DNA from: Vicugna vicugna
Lineage: Eukaryota
Assembly (NCBI GenBank): GCA_013265495.1
Contig: MU058584.1
Location: forward strand, 3,476,508-3,540,507
Length of the DNA: 64,000 bases
Direction of reading: 5' to 3'
In this document: positions 36,791 to 51,600 of the stretch, one piece after another
How positions within the stretch are numbered: the stretch's first letter is position 1
Layout of the letters: every line of letters starts with the position of its first letter
Program-made: the position numbers and the translations under genes
The notes under the pieces: generated by a model
What the model was told of the DNA's origin: nothing
The model's input: only the letters and a program-made list of their open reading frames with translations
The model's database searches: none

Positions 36791-39470
36791 CTGTCTGTCC
36801 CATCAGTCATCTCTTTGGTAGGCTTGTGTTAAGCCAGCTCTTTTAATTTTGACTTCATGCTCTACTTTTCTATGTCTGTGTCTTTTAAACAAATTCCTTC
36901 TAGAATTATAGAATCCCAGAACATCACCAGTGCTCTTTAAGATTCCAAATTCTCCCTCCCTCTCTCTCGCTCTCTCTCTCAACATATATTTTCTTGCTAG
37001 GGGTAAAAAGATACAAGGGAAGAATCAATCCTAACCTCTGCCCTTCGGGAGCCTTTAATCTCACTGGGGAGACAAGACGTAGACACAAGATACAATTAGA
37101 GAATAATAAAAGAGAACGAGAGCGCTGAAATGTGCTGAGTTTAATGTTCTATGCCTCTGTCTGCTTCCGAATTCCATTCTTGCTTTATTAAACAATATCA
37201 CAGTGCTGCTGACGCATGTTGAGTTCTACATCCCTAAGACTACATTTCTCTGTTGTATGTGCACATAAGAAGTCAGAATGTTCTATTGTGTATAATATTT
37301 CTGCAGCATATTATATTTGGGCATTTTTCCCAGAGCGTCCTCCACGACACTTTTCCCCATCAAATTTCACCATTTGCAACTGATAATTTTCTAGGCTATC
37401 AACCTTATAACACAGTGCACCAGCCTCCCAGCAGAGGTATCTCGGACTAAGGCTCTTCAAACAGCTGTCCTTGCCTGCAGTGTCTGACATTTCCACACTT
37501 TCTCCCTGTACTTGGAATTTGAATTTCTAGGGTACTGGGAATGGAAGGGAGGGAGGGATAGATCCTACCTACCATGTCCCTAGCCTGGCAGATGACCTTA
37601 GGCGTATCTGTTCTTATCTCAAGGCTTTGCTTTTCTCATAAGGGGAAGGCAGCTACTTGAGAACTTCTGAGACAGACATGTTGTGATTCTACATACAAAT
37701 TTTTGACGTGAGTGATTTTGCCAACGATCAGCTCTGTCATTGAGGGGTGAGCACCTGTTCTGAGATGGGGCCCAGCACAGCTTTCCCTCTGACTTTCTTT
37801 CCCATTGAAGGACAGGGCTGTCTGTAGAACTGTAGCTTTTCTCTGAAGATGGTAGCAGGACAATTCTCAGGGTCCTTCTCACCTCCTGATGTGTCTATAA
37901 CACAGATCCAGTAGACTAGCGGGATCAGCCATAAAGCCACACAGAGACAATTCCTTGTAGGAGCAAGTGTTGGTTTCTTGAGCTTGTTAAAAATGGAAAA
38001 AGACAGTTTACCAGGTGCCAGCTATAAAACGTGAGCGCTCCCTGAGTCTGTCCTGTGAACGATGTTTCAAAAGCAGAATGGGCTGTATCATCTATGTTAA
38101 AGATGTTTATGTCTACTGTAAGTGATGGGAAAAGGGGAAAGGACATAGACAGGTGACATGGGAACAATGTCTAGCTACATTTACCTGGGACCTGGGGCAT
38201 ATACATGAGCACCAAAGAGAATGTTAGAAATGGAGGAGATTTTTAAGGTCATCTCAAAACTCACACTTTGCAGAAAATCGAAATGAGGCTCAGAGGGCAA
38301 ATGGGAGGGGGAAGGTCATAGAGCTGGTTAGTAACAGACTTGGGATGAGAACCAGGTCTTCTGTTGATTGATTCAAGGTCATCTCCACCACAATATTCTG
38401 CCTCTGCTGAGATTAGTAGATCGGGGTTGATTAGTTAAGGTTACCTGGGATGGCTCTGTATCAAAATTATTCTCAAATGTGAGAGATGTAGTTTGTCTAG
38501 GAGGCACATATTTTGGATTTATATATAGTTTTGTGGCAACAGGAGGGTATACAGAAAGTTTTGGTAACTACTACTATATCTTGAACTTAACAGGCATTCA
38601 ATAATAGTTATTAAATTTTTAGATTTGTTGAATATATGCATAAAAATTAATTTCCTATCATCCTTCTCAATTATTATTTCTTAATTGAGGTGAGAGTGAC
38701 TGAGTCATATTCCTAAGTAGGTTTGCCTAATTATAGACAATACCAGCTGGTTGGTGTGTTGACAGAGCCAGATAAAAAGCCTCACGCATAAACATCCAGC
38801 GTGGTTGCAAGAGCCAGATGTTAAGGTAAGAATGACTGCTTCAGTCAAGTTTAGGTGTCTCAGCAAATCCCCAGCTGTGTCACAAAGTTTAAAAGGTGGA
38901 GGAACATTCACATAAAAGGTACTTGTGCCCTGGAGCGAATGGGCCATTTTATCTGAGTGGTTGTTTTCCTCTTTGATAGAGCTAAAATAAAACAGCCCAG
39001 CTCTTCATTAAGCTATCATGATCAGATGCCCACTTCTGACGGAAAAAGTCCACAGCTAGTAAGAAACCTTGGATGCATACCTAATACAAGATGACTTTTT
39101 GTAAAGAAACGACCTGGGCTTTCCCACGGTATTTTAGTTACATATATAAGAATTCATGTCTTCGTTTAATCATTCATTAAATATATTTCAAGCTCTTGAT
39201 AATTATGCATTATATGCTAGTCTCCAAATGCTTTCACATTATCTTATTAGCATCTTAAAACAACTTTCTGGGAAGAGCAAATATAATTTGTCCCATTTTA
39301 CAGAAGCAGTAGAGAAGCAGTGCATTTGGGAATCCAAGGAGGTGAAACACGGCCCAGTTTTGGCCTTGGGCTCTTCACAGTCGCCTTCTGGGCTCAGAAG
39401 AAATGTTCTACGGCAAATCCAGAACGCAAGCCCAGACTCTGACCTGGGTCAGTCACTCTCTCCTCCGTGC

Positions 39471-39788
39471 CAGTGGCTCTCCAACATTAGTGAGCATTAG
39501 AACCCCCTGGAGGGCTTATTCAAACATGGACTGCTGGCCCCATCCCAGAATGTCTGACACAGAGGTCTTGGGAAGGCAGGCCAAGGATTTGCATTTCAGG
39601 AATTTTTCAGGAAACACTGATGCAGAAAATGACTCGCTGTTCAACGTGTAGTCCCAGCAGGTGTCACCCCGGAGCTCCTCAGCCACGCAGAATCTCACGG
39701 AATCTCCGGTCTCATTTCGGATCTGCAGAATTAGAATCTGTATTTTAACAAGACCTCCAGATCTCAAGTGAAAATCTGAATAGTGCTG
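39471..39788. mobile_element. Two fused or nested MER5A-like MITEs
   Basis: 'cagtggctctccaac...cattagaaccccctggagggcttatt...gatttgcatttc' followed by a second unit 'ttcaacgtgtagtcc...gaatctgtattttaacaagacctccag'. Confidence 0.65.
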
Positions 39789-40264
39789 GTCAACCCCCTA
39801 TTGTTGTCAGTTTGCAGGGCCCTGGACTAGGTGTTGAAGGGAGAGGACAGAATAACAATCATAATAATAACAACTGTTCAATCAGGAACTTTCTGGATGT
39901 CAAACGTTCCTCTACGCACTTCAGGTGTATTATCTCATTTCAACCTTGCAATAATCCTACAGGGGAGATACCGGTATTATTCCTTTTTTAAAACTGAGGA
40001 AATGCGAGAGTACAGAAGGGTTGGTAACCTGCCTCAAGCCACTCATTCAGTTACAGATGGATCCAGGTTCTGAGGCTGAGCAGTTTACTCCCAAAGACCA
40101 CATTCAGTGACTATGCTATGCATTCGCATACTTGGGAAGATAAGAAGGTAAGGGATGCAAGTAAGTGTAGAGCAAGAGAGAAATTCCAGTTGGAACAGAT
40201 TTCCTGGGTCCAGGTAATCTCTCTGTGTGCCCCTTTTAAAGACAGGAGACCCGGGATGGCTAGG

Positions 40265-40854
40265 TGTCCGCAGAACGTCCTTGTGTTGCAGACTTTGGTT
40301 GAGTCCTGCTTCTTAGTAGCCTCACTCGTAAAATTGAAATAATAGTAACAACAATTGATAAAGAGAAACAGGATCCCACTGGCAGCTAGACTGTGGAGGG
40401 AGAGAGCAGAAAATTGAAAACAGAAGCCACAATTTTTCAAGATGGACTGCACTGTATTTGTCAAAACAGATAAGCTGCATGAGATCAAAACAATGATGTT
40501 CTTCACAAGCTATCTAAGCTTCAACTTTCACACCGCGAGGGGATTACAATCCCTGAGTCCAAGATAAGACCACAGGCAAACTGCTGTAACAGTGACTCTG
40601 AATGAACCCATGTGTTCCAAATATAAGGCCACGGACTGTCCCAGCAACTTCCTAGTTGATTCCTGCCAAGCCCATCTCATGGCTAACGCAAGCCCCCAAA
40701 ACCCTAAAAGGACCTTTTTTTTTTTCTGTCTCCTTCCTTTGGAGACACTCTGGAGGTCCCTGTGGTGTATTGTTTCCTTGCTGTAGCAAATAACAACCCA
40801 ATTTTATTCACTACAAGTGTATTACCAGTGGTCTTTGCCTGGTGGGCTCCAACA
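40265..40854 (+). mobile_element. ERVL solo LTR (MER54/MER74/MER89-group-like)
   Basis: TG...CA termini; 3' end 'ttgctgtagcaaataacaacccaattttattcactacaagtgtattaccagtggtctttg...aca'. Confidence 0.55.
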
Positions 40855-43609
40855 AAATAGTATTTTCCTACTTCCCTTATAGACTTTTCATAAATATCAA
40901 CTGAAATAAAGCAAGGAGAGCTTCAAACACATGTGTGCTTCTAAGTTCTTTATTGTAATTATTTATGTGATGCTCCAGCCCCCAAAACAGTGATGCTCAA
41001 GTTAAAAGAAGAGATAAGGTCTTATTGTCTTCATGTCCACAATGTCTAGGATAGTTCTTGATACTCAATAATTATTGGTTGAATGAAAACAAACAAACAA
41101 ACAAGTGGGCAAATGCTCCAGTTTTCCTTTCCCCAGGTCCAGCCCAGGGAGTCACCAAGGCTTCCTCCAATCAGATAAAGGAGTTCCTAACTGTTTGAAA
41201 GTGATGGTTGCCACCTGGGCAGACTGTCACTAGCACTTTGCAACTGTTACAGCTAACCTTGTTTGCCTCCTCTTAAAAGTTTCCTTTCTTGCAAGCTGCT
41301 TGGTTTGCTACTGGGAATGCTATTCCCCTTGTCCACAACATTGATCCTGGAGCAGTAACCGTGCAGCTGAACAGCAGCACATTTTACAGACTGTGAAGCT
41401 GGTGTGTATCAGCATATTAGCTGAGTGCCCCTTGCAATCACACCCCATGTTTAGTAGAATGGTTTATTAGGTTCTTCTGTAATAGACTTGAGCCAAACAG
41501 AATTCATGTTGCATGGAACACTGTGATTCCAACAAACATTATACAACCCTTCTGGTACAGCACGTTCCAGCTATGGCTGGAATCTCTGGGGATGTCTCTG
41601 ATCAGCCAGAAGCTGTCAGAGGGAGATTCTTTGTTCTCAGAAGGCACAGAGGCTGTCCAGTGCTATGCATCTATCTTTCTCTCCTCTGGAGCTGGCAGTA
41701 AGTGGCTGGTCTCATCTTCCCCTGTCCCTTTAAGCCCACCTTAGGTTGTCATGACTTCTGAGAGATGCACCCGGAGGAGCAGGCAGGCAATTGCCCCGAT
41801 GTGGGAGGGAAGTCAGTGGACATCATTTATGGTACTAGCAAAGCTGTTATCTCCGAGAGCACAGGTTGTACAAGCTGGACTTCAGACCAGTGCTCTCTGA
41901 GACCATATTCTCTGCTAACACCATTCCAAGGGGCATTTCCCAAGGGAAACACCCCCAGTAATGTGTTCCCTGGGACAGGAGTGAGGACAAAGGACACATC
42001 ATATTGGCCTTCCCTCTCACCTCCAGCTATCAGAGGGACGCTGCCCCTGAAACAAGAATGAAATACATCCTTCAGTGGGTCCCAGAGCTCCCCTCCCAAG
42101 ATCAAAAAGGATGGAGAATGGCCCAGCCAGGCTCTCGTGCTCCTGGGCTCTAGCCAGGAATTTAACAGCTCCTACGTAATTTTCAGTTTCTTCTCCCTGC
42201 TTAGAACCTGCCCTCAGCTGGAGAGGTGAGAGGATATGGTTTCTTTTAAAGCCATTCTCTTCACCCCTCAGCATGGATGTCTGATTAAGTTTGACCAGTT
42301 ACCCACATACACCATCCCCCACCCATTATCCATTCCTTTTTCTGTTCGTTTTCCCGTTATGTCATGTGTCCTCATGCCCATCTTCCCCATTAGAGCATGC
42401 ACATCACCTCTTTCCCCTTTCTCTCCCCTAGAGCTAAGCATAGTGTTTGATTTGTGGTACGTCCTGGTAAAAATACACATATTTAAAAAAACACACATGT
42501 GGCTAAAGATTGTGAGACTGTGGTGATTCCCAGGGATTTAAGATTTTTTTTTTCTGAACGTAACTTTAATAAGGTATGGGCTGGCTCTTGCTTCTTGAAG
42601 TTAAAAGTCAACCAGGAAGGGCATGGTACCTGGCTGGCTCATGTGCTGTGGATGATTTCAAGCCGAGGGGAGGGGAAGCAAAGCGTGGACCTCCTCAGCA
42701 AAGCGGTGGTATCTCTCCTCTGCCAACTTTCAGAGCAGGATCAAGGTCATGTGCCAGCCGCACCCTGCATGCTGACTAGCACCTTCTCAAAGCTCTCTTG
42801 GAAACAGAGATGGTGCTGGGTGGCGTTCTTCCAGCCTTCCAGAGCCCGCCTGGGAAAGAGGAATGTTGTTGAGGGAGACTGTAGCTTTGTGTCACGTTGT
42901 GGCCACAGGGGAACTTAAGTCCAATGGATTAAAGATGAACTATCAGCCTTAGTTGGCCTTTCAGTGGGTCTCCTCTCACATCCTGGGAATAATAATAAAC
43001 TTGTTTTCTCAGATGGCGCTGGAGTCCTGTGCTGCTGGGGGAGGGAAAGGGAAGGAGAGCAGTTCTGAGCCCAGCGCTGATGGAAGATCTGCGGACACTT
43101 TCCAAAAGTGACCCCTTTGCTGTCCCTCCCTTGTGGGGCAGCCTCAGGGCTTCTACAGAACTTTCAGGAGCTGCTTATCCATTGTCCTGCCCCTTCCTGA
43201 TGGACTCCTCCATAGCTTCACAGATTCAATTTAGAGATTCCTGTGGTCCTGTCAGGGACATGCTGCTGGTGGCCCCACATCTCCCAAGGGATTCGTTTCT
43301 GCTACCCCAGACGGTGGCATTTTGTTAGAATTTATAAGCTATTTATTCCTCAAGGACTTATGACTTCCTTGGCTTTTGTCTATAGTTTTCCATGGTTTCC
43401 TGGGGTGGTTTAAGGAGGTGATGAATCTCCTGGGTTTGATTTGCTGGTCCTGCTGTAGCATCCAAATATCCAATGCAAGGAGAGCATGGGTGAAAGGAGG
43501 GGTTGCCTTAAGTATCAACTGACCTAGACGTTAGATGAATACTTTGATGCCCTTCAAATAGATGAAGTTTAAATGTCTGTTCACTATGTGTTTAGTAAGG
43601 GTAAGAAGA

Positions 43610-43835
43610 AACTGCCGTGGACCATGAAGCCAGACCCTGGAGCCAGACCATGGACCCTGATGTTCATAGCTCACCTCTACCACTTGCTACTTGTATAAAC
43701 TTGAACATATTTACCTCCTGATATAAAGTAAAGATAATAAGTACCTCAAATTGTTCCTGTGAGAATTAAGTGAGTTAATATATTTAAGATGCTTAGAACA
43801 ATGGTACGTGGTAAGTTCTCATTATTAGCTACTGC
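43610..43835 (+). mobile_element. MIR SINE
   Basis: 'ctggagccagac...ctctaccacttgctacttgt...gtgagaattaagtgagttaatatattta...gcttagaaca'. Confidence 0.75.
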
Positions 43836-44420
43836 TTTTATTAAAATAAAAATAGTATAAAATTTCTTTGTGTTCAAAGTAGGCTTTTTATTAAAACTCT
43901 CTCTGAACATAACATAGCCTTTAAACTAATTTTATATTATAGCTTTTCTGTTGCTTATAACTGGATTCATTAATAGACAGTATTCACTAAGGACAGTGTT
44001 AAATTACTGGATTTTAGGAGAAAGTCTTATATTAAAAGGAGAAAATCTTAGTCTAGAAATGTTTTAAATGTTTTTCCTTCCTTGCCTTCATGAAGGCAGA
44101 ACATTTCTTGCTTTCCTTCTTGCCTTTTCAGTTTTCTTTTGTTCTGTTCTTCACCAGGGAATTTTTGGGTGGTATATTAAATGGTATTGGTTGAGTTAAT
44201 GAAGCAAATCAGTCTTTCCTGGTAAGCAGGAAAGACTTAGCGTGCATCAAGCATGAGTTCTCAAAGTTCCCTAGGTTGTGGAACCTGGTCCAGATTATAC
44301 TGATGGGTGGCCTGGGGACGGGTGGCTTGGCTTGTGGTGGCATCAGGTACCCATTTTCACATTTGTATCAGAAACTTCTTAGAGGATCTAGGTCAATGCC
44401 AAGAGGAATGCTTATTCTTT

Positions 44421-44436
44421 CCACTGGAGGGCGCTG
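44421..44436 (+). promoter_or_regulatory. CTCF-like motif
   Basis: CCACTGGAGGGCGC versus consensus CCASYAGRKGGCRS (one mismatch). Motif only. Confidence 0.35.
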
Positions 44437-45249
44437 TCCCCTTTGGTGGGAGGGACCTAGTCAGAGCCCATCCTTTCGGAAGGGGCATGAGGTCTGGACT
44501 TTCAGCTTTATTCTTCTGAAATTTTAGGATTTGTTATGAATGATGTTCTAAGATGTTGACTCTGGCCTTGACTGGGCTCCACCCTAAAGTCACCTGTGCC
44601 CATGCTGCTGAGAAATTTGAACGGATGAAAGGGAATGCCAAGGAGATTGTTTTGAAAAGCTCAAGTTCACATGAGAATGTTATTGTTGTTAATTATGAGT
44701 TCAAACCCAAAGTGATATCATCACTACCAATTACAGTTAGCTTCCTTTTTTGCAAAGAAGATGGAGGACGAAAGCGATACATCGTATAAATTGATTACTA
44801 ATGTTCAAAGTGATAGAATATAACACACACTATGTTCTTACTATATGGAGCATAATTTAAATTTTCTTTGATTCAGAAAGCACTCCAGCATCTTGCGGTC
44901 AATCCATTAACATGACACTATAAGAATTTCTGATTTTGATATGGTTACTGAGTTTCAGGTAAACTCTAGGGTACTATATATTTAGTAGTATTATTAATAT
45001 ATTTAATTATTGATTAAACAGTTTTTGAGAACTTACTGTGTGTAGGACACTGTGACATATGATAAAGACTAGTAAAAGTCTAGATGAATAAAACAAAACT
45101 CTATGAGACAGAATGAAGGATAGTTCAATTGGAGAGAAAATTAGACAAAAGGCCTGGAGACAGAAAAGTGCAAGGTGCGTTTAGGGAATAGTGAAGTGAT
45201 GAGTGTGGGTGAAGGTGGGGGCTCCTGCAGAGAGTAACAAGGATAATAA

Positions 45250-45475
45250 TTACAATGTTTATTGAGCATGTCTCACATGTCAAGCATTGTGCAAAATGTT
45301 TCATATTAGGAAATCATTGAATCTTCACAGTAACTCTGTGAAAAGGGACTGTTTTGTTGCTCATTTAACAGATGAGGAAACTGAGTCATAAAGGATGTTA
45401 ACTAACTTGCTGCTTCAGTAAGCGGTGGAGCTAAAATTTGTGCCCAGGCTTTCTGACTCCGGAGCATGTGCCCTT
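45250..45475 (-). mobile_element. MIR SINE
   Basis: 'tttattgagc...aatcttcacagtaactctgtga...catttaacagatgaggaaactgag...taacttgc'. Confidence 0.8.
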
Positions 45476-48399
45476 GGGAGAGTTGATGGGAAAGGGTTAG
45501 GGAGCAGAGGCTCTGTGTGCTGGATAAGGAAGGAGTAGGGGATGGACCTGAGCAAAGACACCTCGGTGAAAGTGCACAGAAAGATCCCAGAGTTAATTAT
45601 TAAGATTATTAGAAGTCTCTCTTCCCTAGCTGTGCTATGGGGCCGAGAACGACCTACCTTCTCCCCTCTGTCATTTCTCACCGTTCCAGGGATGGCATAA
45701 CAGGAAGACATGGGGTAGACCTGTGTTTAACTCTCTGTTTTGCAGCAAGCCGGTTGTCTGACATTGAAAATGCCATTCAGCCTCCCCAAATCTCAGTTTC
45801 CCCAATTCTAAAATAATGATAATTATTCCAGGGTTGCGGTCAGGATCAAATTAGACATCCTTTGTAAAATATATAGAACAGAACACGAATTCGTGAACAG
45901 TTAAGAGTGGCTGCAAGTAATATTTCACAAAGCTTTATTGAGCCCAATTATCTACAGTAGGAAGTTATCTTTGAATACTGATTTACTCGTCTTTCTCCCC
46001 ATATAAAATGTGAGCTCCTCAAGGCTGGCCACAGTATCTCCACTATCTTCATAGTCCCATTACCAGCACAGCTCCTGCTGAACTTTGAGTGACTCCAAAA
46101 TCCCTTCCCACCAGGATGGCTCTTGGGACCACCCATTTCATCAGCCCCCTGGGATGTCAGTCTTGTGGATGACCAGACAGAGAAGAAGGCTCACCTGTTA
46201 ACGGTTGAATAAGGTGGAGTAAGTTGAGAAGAGGTAGGGAAACTAATGTAAAACTCAGTGCATTGTGGATCACTGAAGGTCTGTGCATCAGAGAAGGAAC
46301 TGCAGACTGGGTAGATGTGGGCTGGAGGGAGCACCAAAGGGGAATTGCCCGAGGGTGCCCCATTTGGCCCAAGGCTGTGCCATCTTCCTGTTGGCCCTAG
46401 CCTCCCCTGTTACAGAGTACTGATGTTGATTCCAAATAGTTTGATAAGTTTATTTATATCTCTCTGTATACTTCATTTCTGCTGCCTAAAGATAGTTTTT
46501 TTTAATAGGAAGGATCATATCTGGAGGTGCTTTAGTATAAAATATGACATAACCATCATTCATTAGCCCTCTGTTCTGAGCTTAGAATTACACTAGATCC
46601 TTTAAGAAATTATCTCTAATTTTCATCAAAACTCCAAAAACGTCATCATCATCATCATCATTATTACCATTTACTGCCCAAATGACACAGTTGGTAAGTA
46701 TTGGAATCAGGATTCTAACTTGATTCCAAATACTAAGGGCCATGGTTTTGTAGTTAAAAACCGTTATTCTGGCCTGAGCTGTGTCATACTGAGAATTTTG
46801 CAGCCCCTCAGCGTTTTCTCTATAAATGCAGACTAATCCTATCTGCTCCGCTTCACTGCACGGAGCAGTTATGAGGACAGAGTGAGGCAGTGTGACTGCA
46901 GTTTGCCAACCATTCACACGACAAATATTTTGGGGCCTCTACCACATGCCAGCCAGTGGGTGGCATTTTTATTAATTTCTGTAAACCTAATGGCGCATAG
47001 CTCTCTATGCCACACCCTCTGTCCTGAGGTTGTACTTCTGATGGAAGTGATTTTGCTTAAATGATAGTTCTTGGGAAATTCCACCCCTACACAGTATATT
47101 ATTATCAGACAAAACTATCACTTCCTTGCTCATCTGTTTTCTCATCTGGTAAATGAGGATGAAGATAACTTCTCTGAAAAAGCTCTGGGGAAAATGTCTA
47201 TCTGGATGCAAAATCTTATTCAGGAAAAAAAAAACCATCCAATAGTGATGTGTGTGAAGTTTCGATTTTTAGCTGTTTTTTAAACAGGTGCACTGATAGG
47301 AGAGAGACATGATGGTGGGAACAATCTATGCAGACATTTTGAATAGCCCGAGCTGAGAGACAGGACAAAGCCTTCGCAGGAGAGGGTGTTTGCTACAACT
47401 GCAGGTGCCGAAAACATTAAGGCCAAGTGAAATCGGTCCCCCAGCTCTCACAAGATTTCCTGGGGCCAAGGATTGGCACCAGCCAAAGCCAGGAAGAAAC
47501 AGATCTGGTGGGACACCCTGAGGGTGCTATGTGATACTCTGTGTCCAGATGGCAGGTGGGCACTGACAGCAGAGCACAGCACGGCCGATCAGATTATGTG
47601 GCAAGAATGCAGCCTTGGCCCCATCTGCCAGGTGATGCTAGGAGAAGCAAAGGAACACTGCATTCATCCTCCATGATCCATAATGTGGCTTTCCTCAAGC
47701 ACATAAGCATGAGTGTATTTCCATGACCTGGGCACATCCAGCACTCTCTGGACTTGAAATCACAGGATTACGGATGGCCCTGGCTGCATGCCACGCTGTA
47801 GACTTTAGATTTTCTCCTGCAGTCTCACACCACAGAGGGAGAGAACTGGGAAAACTTGGTGGAAGTCAAGGAGGTGAGAGGGGAAGTGGGTTGGAGACAA
47901 AGATGCGGTGACTATAGAAGGCAGAAGCTATCACTTAAAGAGTAAAGGGTTAAAAACTGGGGCTTGAGTTCTGGCTTCTGACATAATTAGCCATGTGACC
48001 TGAACCAGTGTCGAAGGGCAAGTGTACATTGGAGCACTTTGTGAACCACAAACGCTGTTTACACATATGTTATTAGATTGTGAGGAGGATGGTGTTAAAA
48101 TGGCTCAAAGCAGCAGGCACCCTGCCATCTTCACGTTTGCATCCCCAGCACCTAGGTCACTGCCTGGCACAGGGTGGGCACTTAATTATATTTGAGAGAC
48201 TAATGAGGCAAATCATTGAACTGCAGGAGATGAGAATGGTAATGAGCTTGGCTGACCTGGAAGACAGAATTGCCAACGAGCTGAATTTGCTTCACATCTG
48301 GACAGATGAGAGTTGGGGTCACTCTGATACAGGCAGCCCTAAAAAGTCCAAATATACTCTAGATCAGTGTGTTTCTAAACTTTATGGGTATTTCTTAAA

Positions 48400-48620
48400 T
48401 TTATTTTTTATTGAAGTGTAGTTGATTTACAGTGTTAGTTTCAGGTGTACAGCAAAGTGATTCAATTATACATGTACATTTATCTATCTGTATATATATG
48501 CATATATTTGCAGATTCTTTTCCATTATAGCTTATTACAAGAAATTGAATATTGTTCCCTGTGCTATAAATAGGTCCTGGTTGTTTATTTTATATATAGC
48601 AGTGTGTATCTGTTAATCTG
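48400..48620 (-). mobile_element. L1 3'-tail fragment
   Basis: 'tttttattgaagtgtagttgatttacagtgttagtttcaggtgtacagcaaagtgattc...ttccctgtgctata...tgtatctgttaatc'. Confidence 0.85.
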
Positions 48621-51600
48621 TATGAGTGTTTTTTTAAATGAAGAAAAAACTGTTATGGATCCTGGTTTGGGTCTTGATTTGAGAGGCCGTGTCACATTAA
48701 TCCAGGGCAGGCACAGATGGGTTCTAGTGGCCCCGAGGCTGTCATTGGCTGCCTTAGCCCATCAAGATCACTGCATGATCTTGCTGGATCCTGAAAATTA
48801 TCCCTCAGTCAGGCCGGGAAAGACGGTCCCTTCTCGTTTCATAGATGTGGGAACCGAAACAAGCGTTGAGTGAGCTTCTTAGTCTCATTTCTTTACAGGT
48901 GCAGGTGTCTGCCTTCTGCAGGTTAATTTTTATATCTGTCTATTTTCTTTTTCTTCTTCACACTAGCCTTTCATCATACTCCCCTTAAAAAAAAAAAACA
49001 CTGCAGGATTTTTAAGACTCAATTTTTGCCTCTATCATTTTCCTTTTAAAATTTCTTTACTCCTGTCCCATTTTAGACCTGTAACGAAGCTCCCACCTCC
49101 ATGGTCCTCCAGACACAGGAAGCTGGGATAGCCCTCACCTCTGGCCTCAGAATGACTCTCTTCCAAGGATCTCTTTCATGTGAACAGTTTTCCCTGAGTG
49201 GGAGCCATTTTCTGTGTGGAAGTGATGGTTCCCTAAATTGGCTTGTTTTTAGTGGATTACCTAATAACTGAAGATATGGGTCCCCTGGTGGATGAATAAT
49301 AGAAGATCCAGAATGAAAAGATGGAAGGGGACTCTACGTTCTTACTATCCAGAGAAGTGCTATGTTTCGGCTGAAGATGCTCTGGGTTGAGAGACAAGAG
49401 GTCTGGGTTCTTTGGGTTTGTGTCAGCCAAGTTCCTTGGGGCCTCTACTTTCCAATGCTCTGGCTTGAGATTCAGAGCAATATGCACCCCTGTGGAGTCC
49501 TGAGGGTTCTTAAAAAAAATTGTAAAGATATCAAAAGGGTATGAGATTTGGGTTCAAATGATTTGGGACTGCGGTTCTAGTTTGCCTACTAAATAGGTGG
49601 GTATCCTTTGACAGCACAATTTCTTTGCACCTCAGTTTGTTTGCTTATAAAAATTGGTATCACAAATAAAACCTTATGGAAGGTGGGCAACAAGTGGGAC
49701 AAGGTGAAATGTAAAATTGAACATTATACAGTGTCAGCTGTTATTAGGTTTGTTGCTTTTATTCATTTTAATGCATCAAGAAACATTAGTAGATTTGCTG
49801 TGGCCAGAGATCTAGAAGTAGCTGGAGGAACACAGAGGAGCAGAGTGCCAGGACTTCTGTTCTGTCATTAAGGAAATGGTAACCTGACAGACCAATTCAA
49901 GTCAGTAATTTCAATTTCCATCTCTGCTGATAAATACAGGGACTTAACTTTGTTCTCTGAGCTCAAGAAAAGCTCACCATTCATTAACTCTATTGTTTCC
50001 TTCTCTCTGAGCCTCAACCTGGGTTGTCTTACCGTTTTACTCGACAGTGCCTTTTTGTGGAAAATGCCATTTATTCATTTATTTAATCCACAAAGGTTTG
50101 TAGAGTTTCAGCTTTGTGCTAGGGAGCGTGGGACACACAAAACCTAATCAGACTTGGGAACTCTCCTCAAGGAGCTGATGTTCAAGGGGCAGACAACTAA
50201 AGTCAGTCATTAAGGCGAAACGAAGCAAATGTTATAGCAATGGCTCCAATGATATGCCCTGAGTATGAGGGGAAACTGCTATTTTGGCTGAAGGACTTCA
50301 GAAGAGTTTCGCTGAGGAGATTATAGGGGTCATTCCAGGAAACAGAGGGCAGAGGGATGGTAATTTAGGCTCAGGTGGGCAGGTGGAAACAAGACACCAG
50401 AAGTCAGAAGTTCAGGGAAACTGAAAGCAGATTGTTGCTGGAGTATTATGTGAGTGTGTGTGAGTGTGCGTGTGTCTGTGTATGTGTGTGTGAGGAAGGG
50501 GGCCGGGGGGAGAGATAGAGAACAGAGAGAAGACTGAGGAAGGAGAAAGAGCTGATTGGCAAGATACATACTAAATAAATGAAGAGCAGAGACAAAATGT
50601 CTTTCCTCTTCCAATGTGGTTTCTCCTAGACTCTGACAATTCATCCACGTTGGCAAACTTCATTCTGGAGCTGCTGGCTATATGCCAAGCACTGAGCTGA
50701 ATGCTAAGGCTGAAAACAAGTGTAAGACACTGGGGGTAACAGGGTCGTCCAACCTCTTGATTCTAAGCACAAAGGTCTATCTTTTCTGCTAATCTGCTCA
50801 CGTGTTACCTTCTGTCCCACTGAGATCACCAATCATTGGTCTTTTTCCACTGTCCTTACCTTTATCATGTCATCATTTCCTCTTCACCTGGATTCCGTAT
50901 TCTAGCACAGCAGCCTCTCCTTTATAAAAACCCTAAACTTCTCCCTCCATCCCTTACGGTAAACAACTGGCAAAGTTCCAACCTGGTTAAAATCAAGTGT
51001 CCATCTTTTCTGTGTACACACCAGAGAGGCTGAGCACTGCAGAAAGAGACAAAGAGAAAGAGAAAGGGTGAAGAAGGAAGGAAGGAAGGGAAGGAGGAGA
51101 GGGAGAAGAAAATACACACAACTCTGCTTACTGGATTTCTTCAAACTTCTACAATAAATTTCAAAAGAATACATTAGCCAAACAACCCAACTATATTTTC
51201 CTAAATGTAAAAATTGACCTTCCCACTCTCTGAAATGGCTGTTTGACACCTTCCTGCCTTTCCCTCCCATCTCTGCCACCATCCCCTAGCTGCTGATCTT
51301 CCTTCAAAGAGCTTCGAGACAAAACAGGACAGAGAATGATGTAAGCATTCCAGTTTCAGAGTGGACTGGTGTGTTATTTTGCCAATATGTGCCTCCCCGC
51401 CCCCAAGCCTTGGGAGTGACTGGGTAAGTGACTCGGCCTCTGAGTCTCAGCTTGCTTATCTGATGGGGGATAAGAAATGGGGAGAACAGCCCACCCAGCC
51501 TACCTTACAGAATCGTTGTGGGGCTGAGATGTGTTGGAATTGGAATTACTTTGCAAACCGTGAAAACAATGCAGAGGGACCACGTCCTCTGATTTGAGAA

